Shown: positions 10,560 through 19,952, counted from the first letter of the stretch. The stretch is 64,000 nucleotides of DNA from an uncultured Verrucomicrobiota bacterium (GCA_964640185.1 CAZXGF010000007.1:43452-107451); one strand, 5' to 3'. A program made the numbers and translations. The notes: a model not told the origin generated them from the letters alone.

Positions 10560-12629
10560 TTACGGCCGGCCTTTGGACACCGGCCAGGTGGCGCGAAACT
10601 CGTCCTGATAGAGGCCAATTTTATCAAAGCGAATCTTTTTGAACACGGGGATTTTCCGGTAAACGATGGAATCATCTTTCAGTTGGAAATTCATCTTCGC
10701 GGCGTCCACAAACCCCGGGTCCTCGTCGGTAATGAAATTATCTGCGACCTTGATATATTTCCTGTCCGGATCGTGCCAACTGCTCCGGTAGGACACATTG
10801 TTCACGACGACGTTGCCGAGCGGCGCCTGCGGGTGCTCCTCCAGAATGCGCGCCAGTTTCGGATACCTCATGCTCCAGGGCGGTTGCTTAATCCTGAACC
10901 GCTTGAGCGGCTCGTACATGGGCCCGCCAGGACGGAAGTGGTCCCAGGTCAACCCTCGCGTGTCGAGATGCACAGGCTGTTCGCACTCGATAAAGATGTT
11001 ATTCTGCACGATGTTGTCTCGCCCGCCCCCGATAAACGCCGACTCTCTCGTTTCATAAAAGACGTTGCCGAAAATCTCCGTCGAGCTGGCGCAGTCGTCA
11101 AGGTAAACCACCTTCGAGCCGAAGCCCGGCCTGAAGGGAATATGATGTATGAAGTTGTATCGCACCACGTTCCCCCGAAACGTCCAGTCGCGCCCAGTGT
11201 AGAGAACCCCCGCATCGCTCGACTCTAAGACAACATCGTGAATCTCGTTGAGCTCGATGAGGTGGTCGTTGCCGTCATACCCTATCGCCTGATGGGGGGC
11301 ATCGTGAATCAAGTTATGTGCGACCCGGTTGCCCACGCCCTGAATTTTCACCCCCGGGTACCAGGTTTTCAAGCACCTTGCGTAATGATGAATGTGATTA
11401 TTGATCGCACAAAGCCCCGCCGGAGCGAGCGTTTTCCGGTCCCCGCCCGACATGCGAATCCCCATCGCATCCAGATCGTAGATGTCGCAGCCCACAACGC
11501 CGTTCTCCTTTCCGCCGGCCAAGATGACCCCCTGACTCGCGTGGCGGATGACGCATCCGGCGATGCGGTTGTGCTGGCCCGCTCCTACCACTATTGCCAG
11601 CCCGCGCATCACTTCCAGAGTCAAACCCCGGATAGTGATGTACGATGTGTTATCCAGCGACACCATTGCTTCCTGCAACATTGAAGCCAGCAGCGGGCCT
11701 TTCCGAAAATCCTCCGGAGGCAGGAAGTACAAGATGCCTTTCTTGCGGTCGAGATACCACTCCCCGGGCTGATCTACCTCCTCCAGCACATTCACGGCGA
11801 AGAAACGCCGCCACGTCTGCAAATGAGGAGGGGCACGCCAGCCCAGAAGGATTTCCCGCCTCTCCCGGTCGAAGCCGACCGGATTCCAGCCGTCATATTG
11901 ATACTCCTGCTGCCAGTAGCCGCGAAGCCAAACCGCCTCCAGAGTGCCCCAGAGGTTCGGAGAATCTCCGCTATACTTGAACGCCAAAATCTTGCCCAGC
12001 TTGCCTTGCTTTGCTAATCGCGCCGCCGCATCCTCATCGAGGCCGACCGCCTTGGCGCTGCGAGCCAGCGCCCAACCTTCATTGGGCCAGCGAGCCAATT
12101 GCATTCGCTTCCCGTTGCGAAATAATTTCAGCCCACCCGCCAGGCTTCCCAGTTCGCCGTAATCTGTGATCCCATGCTCTCTCAGATTGACCTGGAGCAC
12201 TTTGCCGCGAACCCCTTTCTCCAGGCGTCTGAGAACGCCGGGGTCCTTCACCGGCTCAAACCACGACGCTGGCAGTTCTTCCCCGCCCACCAGGCGCACT
12301 GTTTCCTTGCCGTACGCACGATATGTTACCGGCGACTCTTTCGTCCCCGAATCCTCCTGCGTCAATTGAAACGTGTGCGTGCGATGGTACAGCCCGCCCC
12401 TGATCCAAACCGTAACCGGTTCCTTCAACGAGCCAGCCTCCTTTAGCCTGCGGATTGCATCGCGCGCGCCCTCAAGGCTCCGGAAAGGACTCTCTTCTGT
12501 CCCGGCGTTGGCATCACTTCCGTTCGTCGCGACATAGAGCTCGACGCCCCTGCCCATATCGACCGCTGACACCTGCAGGAAAACCACAAATGCAATGGCC
12601 GCCGTAAGAGTCACCTGCTTCGCTAGCAC
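10560..12629 (-). CDS. Right-handed parallel beta-helix (pectin-lyase fold, DUF1565-like) secreted protein, paralog A
   Basis: 689 aa with signal peptide. DUF1565-type N-terminus (LYVATNGSDANAGTEESPFRSLEGARDA). The C-terminal ~260 aa are near-identical to the paralog at 13575..15716. Confidence 0.75.
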   Translation of the reverse strand: MLAKQVTLTAAIAFVVFLQVSAVDMGRGVELYVATNGSDANAGTEESPFRSLEGARDAIRRLKEAGSLKEPVTVWIRGGLYHRTHTFQLTQEDSGTKESPVTYRAYGKETVRLVGGEELPASWFEPVKDPGVLRRLEKGVRGKVLQVNLREHGITDYGELGSLAGGLKLFRNGKRMQLARWPNEGWALARSAKAVGLDEDAAARLAKQGKLGKILAFKYSGDSPNLWGTLEAVWLRGYWQQEYQYDGWNPVGFDRERREILLGWRAPPHLQTWRRFFAVNVLEEVDQPGEWYLDRKKGILYFLPPEDFRKGPLLASMLQEAMVSLDNTSYITIRGLTLEVMRGLAIVVGAGQHNRIAGCVIRHASQGVILAGGKENGVVGCDIYDLDAMGIRMSGGDRKTLAPAGLCAINNHIHHYARCLKTWYPGVKIQGVGNRVAHNLIHDAPHQAIGYDGNDHLIELNEIHDVVLESSDAGVLYTGRDWTFRGNVVRYNFIHHIPFRPGFGSKVVYLDDCASSTEIFGNVFYETRESAFIGGGRDNIVQNNIFIECEQPVHLDTRGLTWDHFRPGGPMYEPLKRFRIKQPPWSMRYPKLARILEEHPQAPLGNVVVNNVSYRSSWHDPDRKYIKVADNFITDEDPGFVDAAKMNFQLKDDSIVYRKIPVFKKIRFDKIGLYQDEFRATWPVSKGRP
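10575..11360. repeat. ~0.78 kb near-identical direct repeat, copy 1 (3-prime part of beta-helix gene A); partner at ~13618..14400
   Basis: Direct reading: the DNA is almost base-for-base identical between the two tracts. Identity stops abruptly at ~11340/14380, although both genes continue as diverged paralogs. Confidence 0.85.
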
Positions 12630-12662
12630 TGCGCCTCCCTTCGCCTGTTCACACGGGCCGCA

Positions 12663-13433
12663 CTATGCCTCGCCAAGGTGAAATTTCCTTCTGAACTTGT
12701 TCATCACATCCAGGTATTCTTTGGGCTTATGCTTCCTCAGCGCCTTCCACAGCGTGGGGTCCGCTTCAGGTTCGTTAACGAAATGACTGACCTTAGCCAC
12801 GCAGTCCAGGACATCTTCAACCCCCGTTTGCGCGGGTTTCCCGCCTACCATCCTTTGCGTGTAGTCCATCGACGTTGTCACATACTCTGACCCAAAGCAG
12901 CACACCTCAAAGTGGTTCTCCACCGAGTCGTACAGTCGGCGCAATTCCGTGACCGATACCCCAGGGACGTTCCTTGACGGTAAGCCGGTGCGGTCATCCA
13001 GGAGCCTGTGAGCTATGATCTTGTCGCGGAGTTCCTTCACCTTCTTGCGAATCGGTCCGAGCGCTGTGTCCAACTTGCTTTGTCGCAAGCGCGTCTGATA
13101 CGCTTTCTTTTGTTGAGGGTCCAGCCAATGCAGTTGCAGCAGCCTATTTCTGAACCTGGGCAGTGTGTGGGCGTTTTCTCCTCGGTCTTCAACTAACCCG
13201 TGAGCAAGGATGACCGCGGCATAAGTGAAATTCCAGTACAGGGTGTACCAAAAGGTCATCTTGTTAGGGCCATAGAAGTAATCAAAAGGGAATTCCGTGA
13301 TTTTCTCGAGGGTGATAATCGTGTCATTAAGATGAACCAGCCTGTGCCAAATGTTCGTATGGAGGTCATAGTAAGCTTCAAGCGACTCTTGTTTGAGGAG
13401 ATCCTCAGGCCTTTTATCGTTGATATTCGTCAC
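12663..13433 (-). CDS. Low-GC hypothetical protein (probable horizontally acquired gene) between the two beta-helix paralogs
   Basis: GTG start at 13433 with a GAAGGAGG SD 9 nt upstream (VTNINDKRPEDLL...). AT-rich codon usage clearly unlike the flanks. No recognisable enzymatic family. Contains an R-x5-H motif (RDKIIAH). Confidence 0.55.
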   Translation of the reverse strand: MTNINDKRPEDLLKQESLEAYYDLHTNIWHRLVHLNDTIITLEKITEFPFDYFYGPNKMTFWYTLYWNFTYAAVILAHGLVEDRGENAHTLPRFRNRLLQLHWLDPQQKKAYQTRLRQSKLDTALGPIRKKVKELRDKIIAHRLLDDRTGLPSRNVPGVSVTELRRLYDSVENHFEVCCFGSEYVTTSMDYTQRMVGGKPAQTGVEDVLDCVAKVSHFVNEPEADPTLWKALRKHKPKEYLDVMNKFRRKFHLGEA

Positions 13434-13574
13434 CGTTTGGTTCCTCCTTCGAGGTGAATAGCGGCGCCATCGCCGCCTCCAGGGACAACACTGTTTACAG
13501 GACCGCTCAAATACGCCCAATGTTACGGCGGCCGTTGTCAGTCGGGTCAGTGGTGCGCGCCAGTTGTGACGACC

Positions 13575-15716
13575 CTACATGCCGCCGCGCCGAAGGCCGG
13601 TGTTGCCGCCTGCGTTCGACACCGGCCAGGTGGCGCGAAACTCGTCCTGATAGAGGCCAATTTTATCAAAGGGAATCTTTTTGAACGCGGGGATTTTCCG
13701 GTAAACGATGGAATCATCTTTCAGTTGGAAATTCATCTTCGCGGCGTCCACAAACCCCGGGTCCTCGTCGGTAATGAAATTATCTGCGACCTTGATATAT
13801 TTCCTGTCCGGATCGTGCCAACTGCTCCGGTAGGACACATTGTTCACGACGACGTTGCCGAGCGGCGCCTGCGGGTGCTCCTCCAGAATGCGCGCCAGTT
13901 TCGGATACCTCATGCTCCAGGGCGGTTGCTTAATCCTGAACCGCTTGAGCGGCTCGTACATGGGCCCGCCAGGACGGAAGTGGTCCCAGGTCAACCCTCG
14001 CGTGTCGAGATGCACAGGCTGTTCGCACTCGATAAAGATGTTGTTCTGCACAATGTTGTCTCGCCCGCCCCCGATAAACGCCGACTCTCTCGTCTTGTAA
14101 AAAACGTTGCCGAAAATCTCCGTCGAGCTGGCGCAGTCGTCAAGGTAAACCACCTTTGAGCCGAAGCCCGGCCTGAAAGGAATATGATGTATGAAGTTGT
14201 ATCGCACGACGTTCCCCCGAAACGTCCAGTCACGCCCAGTGTAGAGAACCCCCGCATCGCTCGACTCGAGGACTACATCGTGGATCTCGTTGAGCTCGAT
14301 GAGGTGATCGTTGCCGTCATACCCTATCGCCTGATGGGGGGCATCGTGAATCAAGTTATGTGCGAGCCGGTGGCCGACGCCGTAGATTCTCACCGCCGGC
14401 TGATAGACCTTCTTTCGCTGCGAGTAATGATGAATGTGACAGTTCACCACATAATTCCCCGCCGGAGTCAGTGTCGAGCGGTTTCCGCCGGTCATGCGAA
14501 CGGCCGTCGAGCCCACCTCGTGAATATCACACCCGAGGACGCCGTTGTTCGTCCCGCCGTCCAAAACGACAGCATGAGAGCCTATGCAGCGGACGACGCA
14601 TCCCGCGAGGCAGTTATGTGTCCCGCCTCCCACAACGGCCCCCACGCCGCGCGTCACTTCGAGAGTCAGTCCTCGAATTGCGACGTAGGAAGTGTTGGCC
14701 AGCGTCACTAACGGCTCCTTCAAGCTGGAGCAGTATAATGTGTGCTTCCGAAAATCCTTTGGAGGCCAGAAGTACAATACGCCTTTCTTGCGGTCGAGGA
14801 ACCATTCCCCCGCCCGGTCTATCTCCTCCAAAAGGTTCAGCGCATAGAACCACTGCCCGCTTTTAATCCCGCCACCCGGAGTCGAGACGAGCGTGATTTC
14901 CCTCTTTTCCGTATCAATGCGCTCAATCCCGACGTGCTGATCCATCCAGCCGTACCACCAGAAGCCGTGCAATACAACTTCCTCGGCATTGACCCAGCGT
15001 TTCGGGCGGTCGCCGCTGTACCTGAACGTCTTGCCCTGCTTGTTTCCATCCACCAGCCGCCGCGCCGAATCCTCACCGATTTCGATGACCTTGCCGATAT
15101 GAGCCCAGCCTTTATTGGGCCAGCGCGCAAGTTGCATCCGGCTGCCGTTCCAAAACAGCTCCAGCATCGGCCCGGAAATCGAAAGCTCACCGTAATCGGT
15201 GATGCCGCGAGCCTTCAAATCCACCTGCAACACTTTGCCGCGAGCGTCCCTATCCAAACGGCTCAGAACCGCTGTGTCTTTCACCGGCTGGAGCCACGAC
15301 GGCTTTATCTCCAGCCCGCCCACGAGACGCACGTTTTCCTTCCCGTAAGCCCGATAGAGCACCGGCGCCTCTTTCGTCCCCGAATCCTCTTTGGTCAACT
15401 GAAACGTCTGCGTGCGATAGTAAACGCCGTCCCGAATCCAAACCGTAACGGCGCCCTTCAGCGGCCCGGACCGCTTCAGGCGGCGGACGGCGTCTCGCGC
15501 ACCCTCCGGGCTCCGGAAAGGTTTTCCTTTCGTCCCGGGATTGGTGTCGCTTCCATCGCTCGCGACGTAGAGCTCAACAGTTTCTGCTGCGGCCGCCGGC
15601 AGATGCGGAGCGGCAGGGGACAGCAAAGCGGACTGAGCCATTGCAGCGTAACCGGCGGGAACGAGGCACGCCGAAAACAGTAAAACCGTAACTTGCTCAC
15701 GACGGAAGAAATTCAT
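13575..15716 (-). CDS. Right-handed parallel beta-helix (DUF1565-like) secreted protein, paralog B
   Basis: 713 aa with signal peptide. N-terminus ELYVASDGSDTNPGTKGKPFRSPEGARDA. The C-terminal third is near-identical to paralog A. Confidence 0.75.
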   Translation of the reverse strand: MNFFRREQVTVLLFSACLVPAGYAAMAQSALLSPAAPHLPAAAAETVELYVASDGSDTNPGTKGKPFRSPEGARDAVRRLKRSGPLKGAVTVWIRDGVYYRTQTFQLTKEDSGTKEAPVLYRAYGKENVRLVGGLEIKPSWLQPVKDTAVLSRLDRDARGKVLQVDLKARGITDYGELSISGPMLELFWNGSRMQLARWPNKGWAHIGKVIEIGEDSARRLVDGNKQGKTFRYSGDRPKRWVNAEEVVLHGFWWYGWMDQHVGIERIDTEKREITLVSTPGGGIKSGQWFYALNLLEEIDRAGEWFLDRKKGVLYFWPPKDFRKHTLYCSSLKEPLVTLANTSYVAIRGLTLEVTRGVGAVVGGGTHNCLAGCVVRCIGSHAVVLDGGTNNGVLGCDIHEVGSTAVRMTGGNRSTLTPAGNYVVNCHIHHYSQRKKVYQPAVRIYGVGHRLAHNLIHDAPHQAIGYDGNDHLIELNEIHDVVLESSDAGVLYTGRDWTFRGNVVRYNFIHHIPFRPGFGSKVVYLDDCASSTEIFGNVFYKTRESAFIGGGRDNIVQNNIFIECEQPVHLDTRGLTWDHFRPGGPMYEPLKRFRIKQPPWSMRYPKLARILEEHPQAPLGNVVVNNVSYRSSWHDPDRKYIKVADNFITDEDPGFVDAAKMNFQLKDDSIVYRKIPAFKKIPFDKIGLYQDEFRATWPVSNAGGNTGLRRGGM
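13618..14400. repeat. ~0.78 kb near-identical direct repeat, copy 2 (3-prime part of beta-helix gene B)
   Basis: See copy 1. Identity begins at ACACCGGCCAGGTGGCGCGAAACTCGTCCTG in both copies. Confidence 0.85.
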
Positions 15717-15794
15717 GCTGAACCTCCTTTTGAAGAGAGTCCGACAAGCTGACGAGGGCGGATGAGATGCAGCGGCTCGAGCCGAGGACTTATC

Positions 15795-16790
15795 TCAGGC
15801 GCGCTGTGGCGCGCTCCCGAAGTCTCTTCCCCTGTGCCGGCGGAGTATGGTCGCCTTGCTGGACTTGGAGCGAGCCATCTCCTCGCCCACACGGATGGTC
15901 TCTTGCATCTCGGTGTCGGTAAAAGGGCGAAATCCTTTTGCGGCGCGAACGGCGCGCTCTACCTCGGGGACGTTTCTCGCGCCGATGAGGGCACAGGCCA
16001 CCCCCGGCACGCTCAGCGCGTAGCGGAACGCCCTGTCGTAGTCGTCGGCCATCTTTCCCGGGTAACCGCCGAGCACCTTCATCCCCACTATGCCGAGCTT
16101 GTCCCGACGTGCCCGCTGGAGGAGTTCCTCTTTTACCCTCTCCGCCTTTTCCTGGGCGCGGGCCACATAATTCACGAACGGCATGATGACGTCCCACTCA
16201 GCGGACTCGTCGAGCAGTTGCATTGCGGCTGAGTGCGGCGAGTGAACGCTCATCCCGAGAAAGCGAGTCAAGCCTTGCCTTTTCGCCTTGCGAAGGAACT
16301 CCAGCGACCCGCCCCTTCCGAGAATCTGACGGTTCGTGGAAATCGGTTTTATGCCGACGGCGTGCTGTAGGAAAAGGTCAACGTGGTCGGTCTTGAGCTG
16401 CTTGAGCGCTTTGGTCAGGTCCTTTTCGGCGTTCGCGGCGTCGAGGGCATAGGTCTTTGTAACAAGGAAGACCTTGTCTCGGACAGGGGCGATGACGGGG
16501 CCCAGGCGTTCCTCTGCCCGTTCGTAGTCCGGGGCAGCATCGAAGTAACGGACTCCGCCTTCCACCGCCGCTTCGATGATGGCCCGCGTCTGCGCCTCCT
16601 TTATCCCCCTGCCGATATGAGCGCAGCCCAGGCCGAGGATTGTCACGGATTCCTTCGTCCGGCCAAGGACACGTCGAGGCATGGCGTCGGGGCTGGCCGC
16701 TTCGGAGCTTATCATTGAAGATCCGGCGAACTTCGCCGCCGCACCCGCCGCCAGGGTAAACTTCAAAAAAGACCGTCGTGTCTGTCGCAC
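15795..16790 (-). CDS. Aldo/keto reductase with TAT signal
   Basis: GTG start at 16790 with a GGAGG SD 7 nt upstream gives MRQTRRSFLKFTLAAGAAA. AKR core LGCAHIGRG...YFDAAPDY...DHVDLFLQHA. Confidence 0.8.
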   Translation of the reverse strand: MRQTRRSFLKFTLAAGAAAKFAGSSMISSEAASPDAMPRRVLGRTKESVTILGLGCAHIGRGIKEAQTRAIIEAAVEGGVRYFDAAPDYERAEERLGPVIAPVRDKVFLVTKTYALDAANAEKDLTKALKQLKTDHVDLFLQHAVGIKPISTNRQILGRGGSLEFLRKAKRQGLTRFLGMSVHSPHSAAMQLLDESAEWDVIMPFVNYVARAQEKAERVKEELLQRARRDKLGIVGMKVLGGYPGKMADDYDRAFRYALSVPGVACALIGARNVPEVERAVRAAKGFRPFTDTEMQETIRVGEEMARSKSSKATILRRHRGRDFGSAPQRA

Positions 16791-16963
16791 GGCATTTCCT
16801 CCTTCGCTATTCGACAACCGAGCGATCTGCGAAACCGATCCGTGGGCGATAATATACTCCCGTCGCTCGCAAATACAAGGCCGGGCTTCGGCTCTATTTG
16901 CCCGGGAATTGACACAGGGCGGACAGGGCAAGGAGCTGCGTTATCTGTCGCATTTGCCCCGGC

Positions 16964-18295
16964 TCATTGACCGGTATTCAGCAGCTTCTCATTGTCTGCG
17001 ACGACATACGTGCAGACAAGGTCTCCGGTTATGTTGTTCATTGTCTCGAACATGTCCAGTATCGGATTGATGCCGAGGGCAAGCGCGACGATCACGGCAA
17101 CCTGCTGGTCGTTCAATCCCATCGTTCCGAGGATGATGAAAAGCAGCATGAGGCTGCCTCCCGGTACACCCCCCGCCCCGACGGATGCCAGGACTGTAGT
17201 CATCACCAACACGATGAGGCCGAATGCGCTCAGGTGCAGTCCAAACATGTTTGCAGCCAATACGGCGAACATGGGAAGGTGAACGCAGACGCCGTCCATG
17301 TTGATGGTGGCGCCGAGAGGTAGCGAAAAACTGGCGAGCTCACTGCGAACCTTGAGGTGCTCTTCGGCGACTTTTAGAGAAACGGGGAGAGTCGCGGCGC
17401 TGCTGCGAGTCATAAACGCCATGATCATTGCTTCTTGGATTTTCCTGAAAACACGGAAGGGATTGGCTTTCGTCACTACCCGAAGGAGTATCGAATATAC
17501 GACAAGCACCATGACCAGTATGCCGCCCACGACGCCAAGCGTCACGCTGACGTACGGCCCGACGATCTTGGGCCCGTACAGGCCGAAATTCACAATGGAA
17601 AGCGCCAGCACCCCAACGGGAGAATACTCAAGAATCCAGTCAACCAACTTGAACACGCCATCGCGCGCCGCGGTAAGAAGCCCCACCAGGCTCCGTATGT
17701 GGGATGCCTGTTGAGCGTTCTTGCTCGTCTCGGCAATCACGCTTATTGCCAGGCCGAACATGATAGAAAAGACAATGATGGGCAGAAAATTCCCGCTTGC
17801 GAGCGCCCCAAACGGATTCTCAAACATTGATAGCAGCAATTGCCTGAATGTGCCTTCCGTAGCTGCTTGCGTCTCAAGCTCGGCCGCCTGGGCTTTTTGG
17901 ATACCACCGGCTATAGATTCCCACCGGTGAAGAGCTGTCCCGGAGCCGGGATTGATCGCCAGCGCCAGCAACACGCCCACGCCCGCCGCAAGAACGGAAC
18001 AAAAGAAATACCAGCCGATGACTTTCAGCCCGATTCGCCCAAACTTTTTGATTGGCAGGCTTGCCGAACCGACAATCAGCGAAAAGAATATGACGGGGAT
18101 GACAATCATTTTCAGCATGTTCACGAAGACGGCGCCGAACGGTTCAATATAGGTCTTCCATGTCGGCTCTGCGGCATAACCCATCCTGCCGGAGCTCGAC
18201 CACAGCACGATTCCGATAATCGAACCCACTATGAAACCGGAGAGAATTCTAAGCACTAATGGCGTCCGAAAGTACCATCTGAAAACTCTTCTCAT
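16964..18295 (-). CDS. Dicarboxylate/amino acid:cation symporter (DAACS/GltP-SstT family)
   Basis: ~443 aa multi-pass membrane protein (MRRVFRWYFRTPLVLRILSGFIVGSIIG...). Typical DAACS hairpin regions (SSAATLP, GATINMDG). Confidence 0.8.
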   Translation of the reverse strand: MRRVFRWYFRTPLVLRILSGFIVGSIIGIVLWSSSGRMGYAAEPTWKTYIEPFGAVFVNMLKMIVIPVIFFSLIVGSASLPIKKFGRIGLKVIGWYFFCSVLAAGVGVLLALAINPGSGTALHRWESIAGGIQKAQAAELETQAATEGTFRQLLLSMFENPFGALASGNFLPIIVFSIMFGLAISVIAETSKNAQQASHIRSLVGLLTAARDGVFKLVDWILEYSPVGVLALSIVNFGLYGPKIVGPYVSVTLGVVGGILVMVLVVYSILLRVVTKANPFRVFRKIQEAMIMAFMTRSSAATLPVSLKVAEEHLKVRSELASFSLPLGATINMDGVCVHLPMFAVLAANMFGLHLSAFGLIVLVMTTVLASVGAGGVPGGSLMLLFIILGTMGLNDQQVAVIVALALGINPILDMFETMNNITGDLVCTYVVADNEKLLNTGQ

Positions 18296-18386
18296 ATTCG
18301 TGCCCTTGCGAGTTGTGTATTGTGCATGAGCGAGGCAAAGCACTCAGTTATTACTCCGAGCGCTATCCAGTTCACAGCATCCTTAG

Positions 18387-18899
18387 GGCTCCGGTTCATA
18401 AATTCGGTGACGTATTTGCTGGGACAGGATAACAGGATGGACATGATTCTTGGAATCCTGTTTTATCCTTTGCGAAATGTCCTTGGCCTTTCGCTTTACC
18501 TCAACTTCTCACGTACTGGCTTACCGGCGGCAACGAGCGGGTTAATGAGTTGTGGCTCCTGAGCCACCACAATGACCGGCTCGACCCCGCGGCACGCGGG
18601 CCTCGACGATGACCATATCTCTTTTGACCCAACCATGACTGACCCGGAAGGTCTGGAGCAACGTGGCACGGGCGTCTCGCCCGTGGTCTCGCCCGTGGAA
18701 GGTCATGGGCAGGATGCCCATGCCACGTCTTCTCCGACGATTCCTTGCCGTTCGTGCTCTTTGACCCGGCGGCCCGCCGGCCTGTGATTTACTGGATGCT
18801 TCACGTCTCCAGAACAATCCCGTTCACGCCGATGGCGTGATTATCCCGTCAAAATAGCTCCTTTCACGACACCATCATACGTCACCCGATTTGCGAATC
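18387..18899. mobile_element. MITE-like non-coding element, copy 1 (imperfect ~25-30 bp terminal inverted repeats, TA target duplication)
   Basis: Left end TA|GGGCTCCGGTTCATAAATTCGGTGACGTATTTGC. Right end ATACGTCACCCGATTTGCGAATCCATGTACT|TA. The termini are reverse complements (GGTGACGTAT / ATACGTCACC). A second copy lies at 54928..55379. This copy contains an internal fragment of the R1 hairpin. Confidence 0.6.
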
Positions 18900-18906
18900 C
18901 ATGTAC

Positions 18907-19521
18907 TTAGGCAGCGGCATAAACGACATGTTCTTCTCGAAAGTGACTTGTGACGATGTCCGGTCGGTGCCGGGTGCTGCGGAGGTAGGCCCGAACCTGC
19001 CCTATCATTTCTTTCGGGTTGTGGGGACGCTGACGGCCAACCGCATTGGTCTTGACATCTTGATTGACAAGCTCGTCCGGATTCAGTTCCGGACTGTAAG
19101 AGGGCAGGAGGAACATACGGATGCAGTCGGACTGGCGAACCAGCCGGCGCTCGAGCTCGCCGGAGCGATGGACGGGATGGTGATCCACGATGAGGAACAT
19201 CTTCCGTCTCGTATGCTTCAGTAAGCGGCGAAGGAAGCGCATCATCACCTTGGAGCTGAACCGGTCCTCGAAAACCATAAACGCCAGTTGGCCCCTGCTG
19301 GTGATGGAGGACATCATGTCACAACCAATGCGTTGACCGGCCCCAGGAATGACCGGCGTCCGACCGCGTTTCCCGTACGAGCGACCCGCTTCATCCAGCC
19401 GTTGACCGCAACGCGAGAAACTTAGAACACCCGCGCCACCACGCTGTGACTCATGTTCTGTTGCGGGACCGCCGCCGCCACCCGACGGCGGAGGCCTTCC
19501 TGCGCTTCCGGAGAAAGGCAC
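18907..19521 (-). pseudogene. IS630/Tc1-family transposase remnant (C-terminal DDE region only)
   Basis: Hallmark motif FLLPSYSPELNPDE plus LIVDHHPVH. The N-terminal HTH and first catalytic Asp are missing, and upstream sequence is replaced by the R1 repeat. Lies directly next to the MITE right end. Confidence 0.7.
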
Positions 19522-19694
19522 CGTGCATCTTTAATAATCATACATAGAACTAACCTCCTCGTCAATTATATAATGCCCCCGTTAGTAATCCCTCAGTCTC
19601 GGGCGGGACATGGGGACTTTGGGGTAAGAGTCATGCGCAAACATCAACATCCCGCGGGACGCGGGACCCCAGGTCAGGCTCTGCGCCTCACGGC

Positions 19695-19906
19695 CAAAAG
19701 AACAGCCGTCCCCCCATGTGGCATCCCGCTGGGGGCGGGACCCGTGGAAATCATGGGCAAGATGCCCATGCCACGGCAGGCGACCACGGAGTCTCTCTCA
19801 TTCTCCTCTCTGCGCCTCTGCCCCGCGTCTCGCGGGGTTACCCTCCTCCTCCCTTTTTCCCTCCGCCGCCTTGGCGGCGTATCGGCCTGAGACTGAGGCA
19901 TTACGG
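19695..19906 (+). repeat. R1 structured repeat, copy A
   Basis: Two hairpins (CCCGC-TGGGG-GCGGG and CATGGGCA-AGA-TGCCCATG), then a CT-rich tract ending GAGACTGAGGCATTAC. Homologous copies at 45040..45247 (-), 52198..52403 (+) and 56465..56640 (+). Confidence 0.8.
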
Positions 19907-19923
19907 GAGCGGGGGATTTTTTG

Positions 19924-19952
19924 TTGACACTTGAGGGGCAATGGAATATAGT
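19924..19952 (+). promoter_or_regulatory. Near-consensus sigma70-type promoter (TTGACA-17-TATAGT) upstream of tRNA-Val
   Basis: TTGACA at 19924-19929, exact 17-nt spacer, TATAGT at 19947-19952. Predicted TSS ~19959, 40 nt before the tRNA 5-prime end. Confidence 0.5.

Noticed and set aside
19716-19934. ORFs of 60-150 aa lying over R1 copies (e.g. 19716..19934, 52159..52422, 56424..56681, 44951..45319)
   Set aside because: Frames differ between copies, and the substitutions between copies conserve base-pairing, not codons. These are artefacts of GC-rich repeats.
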